Program-made: the position numbers and the translations under genes
Assembly: GCA_965215265.1 (NCBI GenBank)
Contig: OZ244048.1
Location: 4,224,001 to 4,288,000, forward strand
Direction of reading: 5' to 3'
Length of the DNA: 64,000 nt
DNA from: Candidatus Poribacteria bacterium
Lineage (GTDB): Bacteria > Poribacteria > WGA-4E > WGA-3G
The notes under the pieces: generated by a model
What the model was told of the DNA's origin: nothing
Seen by the model: only the letters and a program-made list of their open reading frames with translations
The model's database searches: none
Shown: positions 30,524 through 40,515 of the stretch, piece after piece
How the letters are laid out: every line of letters begins with the position of its first letter
How positions within the stretch are numbered: the first letter of the stretch is position 1

Positions 30524-32272
30524 ATGAAGAAAATATCAATATTTTTTCTCTGTTTTTTATTATTTTTTAGCAATAGTTCTCTGAGTCAAGAGAGACTTGA
30601 TATTGGAGAATCAATACATCTAACTTTTAAAGTCCTAGGTTGGCAGCCTAAAGATGCTGTCGGTATTAAATATCCGGGTCGTGTCTCCAAGGAGCGGATA
30701 CAAGGAGATCTGAGTGCCTTAGCACAAGCACACGGCTGGAGGTATTTTGAAAACGCCTTAGAGATTACGTCTGAAAAAGGCAATAAAGTGGCGTGGCAAA
30801 GTGGAGTTCTTTCAGAAAAACAGCATCTTGCTATGCACTTTACACTCAACTTTCAAAAGCTGCGAGAGCAGTTTCAAGATGCTGATAGCATTATTATTGA
30901 TATCATCGGTAAAAACGGATTTACCTATCGGGATGCCTTTACACCTGTCGAGGCTATGAATAACGGCGTTGAATTGCAGAATCAGAAGAGGTATAGCGAA
31001 TTTACATTCCACAAAAGTTGGAGTGGGATGGCAACTTACCAAATTCGCTATACCCTTCACCTTTCACAATTATCTGCAAAGGTTATCTTGCCAACACTTA
31101 AAGCTGAGACATCATTTTCCAAGACGTGGTTGTTCAAGATAAGTCCACTTCTAATACTTCTAATCTTATTACCTGGAGTAACCCTTTATTTATTCATTAG
31201 GCAAGGTCTATCCCGCGACGAACGCGGTAAACTTAGGAACTCACCCCTCCAAGGGGGTATACTAAGTTTTGAAATCCACCTCGGTATGGCAATAACTCTT
31301 CATCTTGGTTGTGCAGAGGTATGTTCTGCATTAATGCGAAACGCACTTTTAGGAGTTATCTTTGGTGTTTTTCCAGTCGGCTTAGCTTCAGGTCTAATTA
31401 TTTTCCTGATTGTCCACCACTACGAAAAAGACGTGCGTGGCACCACCTGGAGTTTTCGTGAAAACTTCCTTACCAATCTGCGGATGATGGTTTTAAGTAC
31501 GCCTGCCCTGCTACTTCCGTTCTGCTTCTTTGCGACACAGAAAGCCTTCCCACACTTACCATTTTTTGTCTTCGGGCTCCTCCTTTTAGCACAATACGCA
31601 CTATTGACGGCACTTTTCGCCTGTGTGATACCTTTTGCCTTAGGTTGGGTCTGGAAAGGAAAACCTTTAGAAGACAGCACACTTCGGCAACGCCTACATC
31701 AACTCGCAGATAAGGCAGGCGTAGCTTATAGAGACATCATCTTACTGCGAACTCAAAGCAGTAAGTTAGCCAACGCCTGGGTTGCAGGTATCCTCCCGCA
31801 GTGGCGTTCGGTATTTCTAACGGATTACCTGCTTGAACATCTGACACCGGAGGAGATTGAAACTATTTTTGCTCATGAGTTGGGACATATCAAACATCGG
31901 CATCTGCTGAAGCAGGTGGCGTGGATAGTTCTCGGGTTCGGGGGGCAATTACTCCTCATACACTTGAGCCTTTTACTCTTTGACTCACTGCCTATGTTAC
32001 CCACATGGCTCTATTGGTTGCTATTTGTCGGTGTCAATTTGGGTGTGATTCTGTTGGTGGTTCAGTTGGGTTTGATGCGTTTTTGGCGGGGGATGGAGTT
32101 TGAGGCAGACGCTTATGCGGTGGCCCTGACGCAGCAACCGGCGGTTTTTCTACAGGGGCTGCGGAAACTGATTGAGTTGAATGACGCACCTGAAGACCTT
32201 GACACATTTAACGAGATGTTATCCACCCATCCCAATTTTACCGCGCGCGCCGAGGCGATTGAAAACTTGTAG
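30524..32272 (+). CDS. M48 family membrane metallopeptidase, copy 1
   Basis: Signal peptide, TM segments, ANAWVAG, HELGH, EFEADAYA and STHP. Confidence 0.9.
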   Translation: MKKISIFFLCFLLFFSNSSLSQERLDIGESIHLTFKVLGWQPKDAVGIKYPGRVSKERIQGDLSALAQAHGWRYFENALEITSEKGNKVAWQSGVLSEKQHLAMHFTLNFQKLREQFQDADSIIIDIIGKNGFTYRDAFTPVEAMNNGVELQNQKRYSEFTFHKSWSGMATYQIRYTLHLSQLSAKVILPTLKAETSFSKTWLFKISPLLILLILLPGVTLYLFIRQGLSRDERGKLRNSPLQGGILSFEIHLGMAITLHLGCAEVCSALMRNALLGVIFGVFPVGLASGLIIFLIVHHYEKDVRGTTWSFRENFLTNLRMMVLSTPALLLPFCFFATQKAFPHLPFFVFGLLLLAQYALLTALFACVIPFALGWVWKGKPLEDSTLRQRLHQLADKAGVAYRDIILLRTQSSKLANAWVAGILPQWRSVFLTDYLLEHLTPEEIETIFAHELGHIKHRHLLKQVAWIVLGFGGQLLLIHLSLLLFDSLPMLPTWLYWLLFVGVNLGVILLVVQLGLMRFWRGMEFEADAYAVALTQQPAVFLQGLRKLIELNDAPEDLDTFNEMLSTHPNFTARAEAIENL

Positions 32273-32400
32273 TGCCGAGCGGCTGTCCGATGGTAGACGC
32301 GTTTTTCATAGAGAGAAGCGATCTATTTTAGTATCGTTTTTCCGGGAATGTTAATATCAGACCGCTCGCCAGACAGCCACCGAAAGGGAAATAAGCACGC

Positions 32401-32490
32401 ATAGTCGCGAACATCATAACGCTCTGTCGCCTATTGTTAACCTTTCTCGTTGTGATTCTATTTCGACTCCAGCGTATACTTGACATCGCC
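32401..32490 (+). pseudogene. Truncated 5-prime copy of the CDP-alcohol phosphatidyltransferase gene
   Basis: Near-identical to 36351-36440, but ATG is ATA and the match is cut off before the TA module. Confidence 0.75.
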
Positions 32491-32621
32491 AAGGAGACAA
32501 TACTTCGCAAAAAAAGTTAAGCTGAGCGAAGAATGTTTCTACAAAGAATAAAGGAACCTTCGCACTTTCGCGCAGAGAGTCTCTCAAGTCTACAATCGAG
32601 GCGTAAATAAATTCCCTATAA

Positions 32622-32951
32622 CTAAACAGCAACCACCCGCCGCTGTCCTTCTCTATCTTCTGAAGGAATAATGTGAATCTCAATATCGCGATGTAACCGA
32701 TTAAGAAACGTCATCAACCGCTCGACACTGTAGTAAGAAAGCTTGGCGGCTTTAAGGCGAGAAACTTCAGGCTGTTTAACGCCAAGTAACTTCGCCGCCT
32801 CTACCTGAGTTAACTTGCGTTCCTTCAGAACGCGGAAAATCTCCGCCCCCAACTGCGCTTTTAGCAGTTCTGCCGCTGCAACTTCATCAGAAAACCCCAA
32901 ATCCTTGAAAATATTCTCGCTGCCTTCTTCAATCTTAATTTTATTGCTCAT
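32622..32951 (-). CDS. XRE-family HTH antitoxin (HigA-like)
   Basis: GSENIFKDLGF..LTQVEAAKLLGVKQPEVSRL; overlaps the toxin stop. Confidence 0.88.
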   Translation of the reverse strand: MSNKIKIEEGSENIFKDLGFSDEVAAAELLKAQLGAEIFRVLKERKLTQVEAAKLLGVKQPEVSRLKAAKLSYYSVERLMTFLNRLHRDIEIHIIPSEDREGQRRVVAV

Positions 32952-33310
32952 AACCCTTTCTCCATCTCCTTAGCTCGTCTTAATCTTCGTTTAATCAAGT
33001 CGAGCTCCTTCTTCGGTGTGCTAAGCCTTCTCTTTGATTTCTTTTGAAAACAATGCAGTACATACATGCTTAGACCAATCTTAACCGTATAAACCGCTCG
33101 ATAAGTATCTGTGTTATAGTTATCAACAATCTCAAATACGCCGGATTCTATATCTTTCATCGGTTTTGCCGATGGCGGAGTTTCACCTATCTGCACACGA
33201 TACAGTGCATGCCCAATATCCTTACGCACCGGCTCTGGAAAAGCCTGTAACCGTTCTCTTGAATCACCAACCCATCGAACGTTTCTAGGTGTTGTTATTT
33301 CTTGAGCCAT
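32948..33310 (-). CDS. RelE/ParE-family toxin (Gp49/HigB-like)
   Basis: GVFEIV..YRAVYTVK..YVLHCFQKKS..TPKKELDLIKRRL; toxin-first gene order. Confidence 0.88.
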   Translation of the reverse strand: MAQEITTPRNVRWVGDSRERLQAFPEPVRKDIGHALYRVQIGETPPSAKPMKDIESGVFEIVDNYNTDTYRAVYTVKIGLSMYVLHCFQKKSKRRLSTPKKELDLIKRRLRRAKEMEKGL

Positions 33311-33315
33311 ATCCT

Positions 33316-33344
33316 ATTATAACTAATTATCTATATTTTCGCAA
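33316..33344 (-). promoter_or_regulatory. Putative sigma70 promoter of the TA operon, near-leaderless
   Basis: Minus strand TTGCGA, 17 bp, TATAAT, ending 5 nt before the ATG. Confidence 0.6.
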
Positions 33345-33513
33345 GTCCAGAGTCATAATTACTGCTTGCTATAGTATACATTCTGCGTGCGTTCAACCGG
33401 ACGCTCGCACGCGAAAATTACACTGTGTATTTTGATAGACACCGCTTCCCTTATGAGTCTATGGGATGGATTCCACGTGAGTAAGGACTTAGTGATTTCC
33501 GAGGATATCCTTG

Positions 33514-33765
33514 TCGGTATTTCTGACGGATTACCTGCTTGAACATCTGACACTGGAGGAGATTGAAACTATTTTTGCTCATGAGTTGGGGCATATCAAA
33601 CATCGGCATCTGCTGAAGCAGGCCCGGCAACCGGCGGTTTTTCTACAAGCATTGCGGAAACTGATTCAGTTGAATGACGGGCCCGAAGACCTTGACACAT
33701 TTAACGAGATGTTATCCACCCATCCCAATTTTACCGTGCGCGCCGAGGCGATTGAAAGATTGTAG
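33514..33765 (+). pseudogene. M48 peptidase C-terminal fragment with internal deletion
   Basis: Matches SVFLTDYLL..HELGH..LLKQ fused directly to QPAVFL..STHP; the TM pair and EFEAD motif are missing. Confidence 0.85.
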
Positions 33766-33782
33766 TGCAGACGGAGTGTCCT

Positions 33783-34366
33783 ATGGTAAACGCTTTTCTG
33801 GTACGAAGAATCAATTGACAATTATTCTCTTGAATGGTATCGTTCACATTTTAAACACGCAATCTATTTATGGGCAGCTAGAGTTATCTGAGGTGCCTCG
33901 TAACATTCAGATTGCAATTTCAGTTCTCGGTGGTTTTTCTATTATCGCCGGGGCATTTATCAGTTGGTTGCTAATAAGCGTTGTCCTCTTCTTCTGGTGT
34001 GAGTTATTTTACGATGTTGAAGGAAGTTTCCGAAATTTCTTTGAACTTGTAGGTATCTGCCATCTCGTGTTGTTAGTCGGAACGTTAGGTTGCTCCTTTT
34101 TCATCATTTTCGGTTTACCTGCTGATTTCACGATGGTTGAATCCAACGCCACAGATTCACAAGAAATGTTAGACACAATTACTGAAACATTGTCACCGCT
34201 GAGACTTATCGGTGCAGTTGGCAATATATGCTTCGGGTTCATCATCGTAATAGTGATTCGCGGGTTCTTTGAAATCACGTGGCTCAAAGCATTTTGCAGT
34301 GTGGTGATTCCTTATGTTATTTATTGGCTGATGAGCAAAGGTCTGAAAGCTGTTTTTTCGTTTTAA
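33783..34366 (+). CDS. Yip1-like multi-pass membrane protein (start uncertain, possibly frameshifted at the 5-prime end)
   Basis: Several hydrophobic segments with a GSFRNFFELVG and ..ITWLKAF.. pattern. The GGAG-ATG at 33783 is out of frame with the main ORF. Confidence 0.55.
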
Positions 34367-34431
34367 TCTATTTACACGTCAAATCCGCATGCTAAAACGT
34401 GAGGGCACATCAGCGAGGAGAAAGGCACGAC

Positions 34432-36198
34432 ATGAAAATAATCTCGTTTTTCTGTATAGGGTTTTTCCTTTTCCTGGGTAACAATTCCATAAGTCAGGAG
34501 TCGTCCGAGACTGGAACTTCCGTTCATCTGATGTTCAGAGTGCTCGGTTGGCAGCCAAACGAGGCGATTGGGATAAAATATCCAGCAAACGTTTCCAAGG
34601 AACAGATACAAGCCGACATGGCAGCTTTAGCACAGGCATACGGTTGGACGTATGCTGAAAAATCCCTTGAAATAAGGTATAAAAATGGGAGGAAGGTTGC
34701 TTGGCAAGAAGGGGCACTTTCAGAAAAACAGCGTCTTGCTAGGAACTTTGTGCTAAACTTGCAAGTCTTGCATGAGCAGTTTCACAACGCTGATAGCATT
34801 GTTATTGATATCATAGGTCAAAACGGATTCGTCTATCAGGATTCTTTTGCAGCTGTCGAGGTTGCAAACAACAATATTAATATGAATGAGCAGAAGTGGC
34901 ATCGCCAGTTTGGTTTCCGTAAAATCTGGTCGGGCGAGCTCAGTTTCGTTGGGCTGTCAACTTACCGAATTCGGTACATGCTTCATCCCGTGCAGTTCTC
35001 AGGCAATATGAATTTGCCCGTGCTCAAAGCCAATTTCTCATTTTCCAAAGTATGGTTTTTAAAGGTGGTTCCACTCCTGCTTTTTTTAATAGTAGTGCCA
35101 AGTGTAACGGTGCATCTGTTGTTAAAGCGGGACGTACGTTTCAACGAACGCGGTAAAATTATACTCAAACCGCTCCAATTGCTAATCATTTACATTGAAC
35201 TTCATATTATTATAAGTTCGGTGTTCTATCTAGGTTATATATATCTATGTATAGCAGTAACACAAAGTGTATTTTTGGGCTTTCTATTGAGTGTGGTTCC
35301 GGTTAGTGTAACTTGCCTTCTAATTTTCCTCCGTGTTCTTCACCATCACGAAAAAGCCTCACGTGGCACCACTTGGAGTTTTCGTGAAAACGTCCTTACC
35401 AATCTGCGGATGATGGTTTTGGGTGCCCCCGCACTGCTACTTCCGTTCTGCTTCTTTGCGACACAGAAAGCCTTCCCACACTTACCATTTTTTGTCTTCG
35501 GGCTCCTCCTTTTAGCACAATACGCACTATTGACGGCACTTTTCGCCTGTGTGATACCTTTTGCCTTAGGTTGGGTCTGGAAAGGAAAACCTTTAGAAGA
35601 CAGCACACTTCGGCAACGCCTACATCAACTCGCAGATAAGGCAGGCGTAGCTTATAGAGACATCATCTTACTGCGAACTCAAAGCAGTAAGTTAGCCAAT
35701 GCCTGGGTTGCAGGTATCCTCCCGCAGTGGCGTTCGGTATTTCTGACGGATTACCTGCTTGAGCATCTGACATTGGAGGAGATTGAAACTATTTTTGCTC
35801 ATGAGTTGGGACATATCAAACATCGGCATCTGCTGAAGCAGGTGGCGTGGATAGTTCTCGGGTTCGGGGGGCAATCACTCCTTATACACTTGAGCCTTTT
35901 ACTCTTTGACTCATTGCCCACGTTACCGCCATGGCTCTATTGGTTGTTATTTGTCGGTGTCAATTTGGGTGCGATTCTGTTGGTGGTTCAGTTGGGTTTG
36001 ATGCGTTTTTGGCGGGGGATGGAGTTTGAGGCAGACGCTTATGCGGTGGCCCTGACGCAGCAACCGGCGGTTTTTCTACAGGCGCTGCGGAAACTGATTG
36101 AGTTGAATGATGCACCTGAAGACCTTGACACATTTAACGAGATGTTATCCACCCATCCCAATTTTACCGCGCGCGCCGAGGCGATTGAAAACTTGTAG
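34432..36198 (+). CDS. M48 family membrane metallopeptidase, copy 2
   Basis: Same architecture as copy 1; the C-terminal half is near-identical to copy 1. Confidence 0.9.
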   Translation: MKIISFFCIGFFLFLGNNSISQESSETGTSVHLMFRVLGWQPNEAIGIKYPANVSKEQIQADMAALAQAYGWTYAEKSLEIRYKNGRKVAWQEGALSEKQRLARNFVLNLQVLHEQFHNADSIVIDIIGQNGFVYQDSFAAVEVANNNINMNEQKWHRQFGFRKIWSGELSFVGLSTYRIRYMLHPVQFSGNMNLPVLKANFSFSKVWFLKVVPLLLFLIVVPSVTVHLLLKRDVRFNERGKIILKPLQLLIIYIELHIIISSVFYLGYIYLCIAVTQSVFLGFLLSVVPVSVTCLLIFLRVLHHHEKASRGTTWSFRENVLTNLRMMVLGAPALLLPFCFFATQKAFPHLPFFVFGLLLLAQYALLTALFACVIPFALGWVWKGKPLEDSTLRQRLHQLADKAGVAYRDIILLRTQSSKLANAWVAGILPQWRSVFLTDYLLEHLTLEEIETIFAHELGHIKHRHLLKQVAWIVLGFGGQSLLIHLSLLLFDSLPTLPPWLYWLLFVGVNLGAILLVVQLGLMRFWRGMEFEADAYAVALTQQPAVFLQALRKLIELNDAPEDLDTFNEMLSTHPNFTARAEAIENL

Positions 36199-36350
36199 TG
36201 CCGAGCGGCTGTCCGATGGTAGACGCGTTTTTCATAGAGAGAAGCGATCTATTTTAGTATCGTTTTTCCGGGAATGTTAATATCAGACCGATTGCCAGAC
36301 AGCCGCCGACATTGAAATACATTGCCCCAGAATTAAGGAAATAAGCACGC

Positions 36351-36929
36351 ATGGTCGCGAACATCATAACGCTCTGTCGCCTATTGTTAACCTTTCTCGT
36401 TGTGATTCTATTTCGACTCCATCGTATACTTGACATCGCCCTAATTTTCACAATCACCGGTATCTTCATACTTGATGCCCTGGACGGCTACATCGCCCGA
36501 AAACGCCACGAAACTTCTCAACTGGGTGAGATCCTTGATACTGTATCCGACAGAATTATTGAAAACACGTTCTGGATTTATTTCGCTGTGGTAGGCGATA
36601 TTCCACTCTGGATGCCACTCGTAGTCATGGCACGCGGTTTTATCACTGATGCCTCGCAACACCTGTCTGGATACCCGCAAAGCGGGTGGAGATCCGCCCT
36701 CACCCGCTCACGTATCAGTCGTGCCCTATCTGGCATGACCAAGATGCTCGCTTTTACCGGTCTCGCCAGCGTTCCTGTTTTCAATAACGACACCCTCGAA
36801 ACCGTCAGCTTCATCCTCGCCACGTTTGCTGTTGGCTTTTGTCTGCTTCGTGGGCTCCCTTTCTTCTTCATCAGTAAACCGCTATGTCAACCAAACACCT
36901 CAAAGACATCGCGTTCTTCTGCGATGTGA
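36351..36929 (+). CDS. CDP-alcohol phosphatidyltransferase family protein
   Basis: ANIITLCR and LDALDGYIARK...GEILDTVSDR motif. Confidence 0.88.
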   Translation: MVANIITLCRLLLTFLVVILFRLHRILDIALIFTITGIFILDALDGYIARKRHETSQLGEILDTVSDRIIENTFWIYFAVVGDIPLWMPLVVMARGFITDASQHLSGYPQSGWRSALTRSRISRALSGMTKMLAFTGLASVPVFNNDTLETVSFILATFAVGFCLLRGLPFFFISKPLCQPNTSKTSRSSAM

Positions 36930-37004
36930 ACGCTTGAGTGTCTCATCTACGTAGGGGTTGTTCTTCTTTGCGCTATCCTATCCGATCAACGGTATTGTTT
37001 GCAT

Positions 37005-37125
37005 TTTATAGTTAACCTAAAAATATCTTGACATTTGCTTTGACTTGTGTTAGGTTCATTGTATTATGAGATATTCAATAGATTTACGAAAACGCGTCCT
37101 GGATTTTATTCATAACAGAGGCTAA
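37005..37125 (+). mobile_element. Possible IS630-family left-end remnant
   Basis: Mini-ORF 37066-37125 MRYSIDLRKRVLDFIHNRG resembles the IS630 transposase N-terminus (YSxDLRxRV); a TATA precedes the putative end. Confidence 0.5.
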
Positions 37126-37178
37126 GTGGCACGCTGCAGTCCATTTTTCAATTTCATTAGCCAGTGGAGGTTCACAAT

Positions 37179-38993
37179 ATGAAGAAAATATTATACTTTT
37201 GTCTCTGTTTTCTGTTTTTTTTCAGCAACAATGCTTTGAGTCAGGAGTCGCCCGATACTAGAGAATCAATACATCTAACTTTTAAAGTCCTAGGTTGGCA
37301 GCCTAAAGATACCGTTGGTATTAAATATCCGGGTCGCGTTTCCAAGGAGCGGATACAAGGAGATCTGAGTGCCTTAGCACAAGCACACGGCTGGAGGTAT
37401 TTTGAAAACGCCTTAGAGATTGCATATGAAAAGGGCAATAAAGTGGCGTGGCAAGGTGGAGTTCTTTCAGAAAAACAGCATCTTGCTGCGCACTTTACAC
37501 TCAACTTTCAAAAGCTGCGAGAGCAGTTTCAAGATGCTGAGAGTATTATTATTGATATCATCGGTAAAAACGGATTTACCTATCAAGGGACCTTCTCATT
37601 TTACGCTGATATAAATAAAAACACTAATTTGCTAGCTCGGAACTGGCAAGAACAATTCTCCTTCCATAAGAGTTGGATAGGCATCTCAAATTACCGAATT
37701 CGCTATATCCTTCACCCCATGCATCACCCAGAATCCTTGACTTTTCCAATGCTCAGAGCTACAGCATCCTTCTCCAAAACCTGGATGTTAAAGACGATAC
37801 CGTTCTTGATTTTTCTAACGTTTATACCGAGCACAATCCTTTATCTATTTATTCAACAAGGAGTGTCTCAAAATGAAACAGGAAAAATTAGATTATCTCC
37901 TGCCAAATCAATCATAATCAATATGCTATTTCCTTTAATGGTATGGGTGGTAACAGTTATCGGATGTGCAGATGTACTCACTACGCTGACACAAAACAGA
38001 ATTTTAGGTGGAATATTGGGAATTGCAACGGTACCTATTCTATCCTACGTGATTTTTCTATTTGTCTTGCATAGGTATGAAAAAAATGAACGCAATACTA
38101 CGTGGAGTTTCCAAGAAAATTTTCTGACGAACCTACGTATGATAATTCTCGGGGCCCCTACACTGTTATTGCCTTTCTGCTACTTCGGCACACAAAAAAT
38201 CTTTCCCCAACTCCCATTCCTTCTGTTCCTTGTTCTCCTTTTAGGTCAGTATGCACTATTGACAGCACTCTTTGGCTGTGTGATACCGTTCGTTATGAGT
38301 TGGATTTGGAAAGGAAGCCCTTTAGAAGACGGCGCACTTCGGCAACGTCTACAGCAACTCGCACACAACGCAGGCGTAGTTTATAGAGACATCATCTTAC
38401 TGCGAACTCAAAGCAGTAAGTTAGCCAACGCCTGGGTTGCAGGTATCCTCCCGCAGTGGCGCTCGGTATTTCTAACGGATTACCTGCTTGAGCATCTGAC
38501 ACTGGAGGAGATTGAAACTATTTTTGCTCATGAGTTGGGGCATATCAAACATCGGCATCTGCTGAAGCAGGTGGCGTGGATAGTTCTCGGGTTCGGGGGG
38601 CAATTACTCCTTATACACTTGAGCCTTTTACTCTTTGACTCATTGCCCACGTTACCCGCATGGCTCTATTGGTTGTTATTTGTAGGGGTTAATTTGGGTG
38701 TGATTCTGTTGGTGGTTCAGTTGGGTTTGATGCGTTTTTGGCGGGGGATGGAGTTTGAGGCAGACGCTTATGCGGTGGCCCTGACGCAGCAACCGGCGGT
38801 TTTTCTACAGGCGCTGCGGAAACTGATTGAGTTGAATGACGCACCTGAAGACCTTGACACATTTAACGAGATGTTATCTACCCATCCCAATTTTACAGCG
38901 CGCACCGAGGCGATTGAAAACTTGGAGTGCAGGGGGCTGTCCGATGGTAGACGCGTTTCTGGGACGAAGAATCAATTGACAATTATTGATTAA
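37179..38993 (+). CDS. M48 family membrane metallopeptidase, copy 3
   Basis: N-terminus near-identical to copy 1. The stop TAG is changed to GAG, giving a short read-through tail. Confidence 0.9.
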   Translation: MKKILYFCLCFLFFFSNNALSQESPDTRESIHLTFKVLGWQPKDTVGIKYPGRVSKERIQGDLSALAQAHGWRYFENALEIAYEKGNKVAWQGGVLSEKQHLAAHFTLNFQKLREQFQDAESIIIDIIGKNGFTYQGTFSFYADINKNTNLLARNWQEQFSFHKSWIGISNYRIRYILHPMHHPESLTFPMLRATASFSKTWMLKTIPFLIFLTFIPSTILYLFIQQGVSQNETGKIRLSPAKSIIINMLFPLMVWVVTVIGCADVLTTLTQNRILGGILGIATVPILSYVIFLFVLHRYEKNERNTTWSFQENFLTNLRMIILGAPTLLLPFCYFGTQKIFPQLPFLLFLVLLLGQYALLTALFGCVIPFVMSWIWKGSPLEDGALRQRLQQLAHNAGVVYRDIILLRTQSSKLANAWVAGILPQWRSVFLTDYLLEHLTLEEIETIFAHELGHIKHRHLLKQVAWIVLGFGGQLLLIHLSLLLFDSLPTLPAWLYWLLFVGVNLGVILLVVQLGLMRFWRGMEFEADAYAVALTQQPAVFLQALRKLIELNDAPEDLDTFNEMLSTHPNFTARTEAIENLECRGLSDGRRVSGTKNQLTIID

Positions 38994-38996
38994 CAC

Positions 38997-39076
38997 AACC
39001 TAAAGTCGCTCTGGCGAGATTTGTATAGGCGTTATGAAAGCAGCAGCCTTTATGATACTTCAATAGACAAAAAAAA
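38997..39076. repeat. Foldback-repeat locus 11 (single arm)
   Basis: CTCTGGCGAGATTTGTA..CAGCAGCC..TAGACAAAAA. Confidence 0.8.
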
Positions 39077-39153
39077 TGTTGAAGGAAAAGGAATTCACCC
39101 TGCTTTGCAGGGAGAACTTCCTAAATCCGAATTTTCTTTGAGGAGGAGAAAAT

Positions 39154-40485
39154 ATGTCCGCACGGCCGAATATTCTTTTTATGATTGCCGATGACCATCG
39201 ATTTGATGCCATCGGGGGCATGGGCGATGCAACGGTGCAAACGCCCATTATGGATTCACTTATGGAACGCGGCACAACGTTCAGGCGAACACATATCATG
39301 GGCTCTCTCGTCGGTGCAGTCTGCATACCAAGCCGAGCCGCTGTACTCACTAGCGCGAATTTGTTTCGAAGCGGGATGCATGAGGTTAACCGTGACCTAG
39401 CCGTGTGGCCAGAAGTCATGCGCGAAGCAGAATATTACACGTTCGCAACCGGCAAATGGCACAACGACAAAAAAAACTTCACTAACAGTTTTGATGGCGG
39501 TGCAAAGATTTTCTTTGGCGGAATGGGAAATCATTTCAAAGTCCCTATTTTCGATTATGATGAAACGGGTAACTATCCGGCTGAGGCGAAATACGTTGGC
39601 GAAAAGTTTTCTACCGAACTTTTTGTCGATGCTGCTGTACAATTCTTGCAGGAATATGACGCAGAAAACCCTTTCCTCCTCTATCTTGCTTTTACTTCTC
39701 CGCATGACCCGCGCACGCCGCCTCCGGAATACGCCGCGATGTATCCACCAGAGAAAATACCGATGCCTGAAAATTTTCTTCCGGAGCATCCTTTTGATAA
39801 CGGTGAAATGCGGATTCGAGACGAAGTGTTGGCACCGTTCCCACGCACACCTGAAATTATTCAGCAACATATTGCTGACTATTACGGTATGATTAGCCAC
39901 ATGGACGCAGAGATCGGCCGCGTGCTGGAAACCCTCGAAGTCACCGGACATCTAGAAAACACAATTATCATCTATACCGCAGACCATGGGCTCGCTGTTG
40001 GGCAACACGGACTCTTAGGAAAACAGAACCTTTATGACCACAGCATTCGCGTTCCATCTATATTCGCCGGCCCAGGTGTCCCCGAAGGCAAGACTGTTGA
40101 TGCGTTAACCTATCTCTATGATGTATTTCCGACTGTTTGCACGCTAACCGATGTGGAGTGCCCAGATACCGTTGAGGGTAGAAACTTAGTACCGCTCATG
40201 GATGGAAGTGCTGAACAGGTACGGGAAACGGTTTTCGCAGCCTATCGCGATATGCAACGCACAATCAGCGACGGACGTTGGAAGCTGATTCGTTATTACA
40301 TTTCCGAAGAAACAGGAGCAGGGACAAACCGCATCCAACTTTTTGACCTCGCCCAAGATCCGTGTGAGACAACAGATCTCTCAACGCAGCCTGAGCACGC
40401 TGACCGGATCCGATCGCTTGCCGCTGATATGCAAATGTGGCAGATAGAGACAAACGATTTCTTAAAAGAGGCACCGGTGTTGTAA
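39154..40485 (+). CDS. Sulfatase
   Basis: RPNILFMIADD, CIPSR, GKWH and ADHG. Confidence 0.92.
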   Translation: MSARPNILFMIADDHRFDAIGGMGDATVQTPIMDSLMERGTTFRRTHIMGSLVGAVCIPSRAAVLTSANLFRSGMHEVNRDLAVWPEVMREAEYYTFATGKWHNDKKNFTNSFDGGAKIFFGGMGNHFKVPIFDYDETGNYPAEAKYVGEKFSTELFVDAAVQFLQEYDAENPFLLYLAFTSPHDPRTPPPEYAAMYPPEKIPMPENFLPEHPFDNGEMRIRDEVLAPFPRTPEIIQQHIADYYGMISHMDAEIGRVLETLEVTGHLENTIIIYTADHGLAVGQHGLLGKQNLYDHSIRVPSIFAGPGVPEGKTVDALTYLYDVFPTVCTLTDVECPDTVEGRNLVPLMDGSAEQVRETVFAAYRDMQRTISDGRWKLIRYYISEETGAGTNRIQLFDLAQDPCETTDLSTQPEHADRIRSLAADMQMWQIETNDFLKEAPVL

Positions 40486-40515
40486 GGATAAATTTCCTCG
40501 ATTCGCTTGTTGTGC

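Noticed and set aside
30524-38993. Diversity-generating retroelement explaining M48 or arm variation
   Set aside because: No reverse transcriptase is present, and the differences are block-wise and not restricted to adenines.
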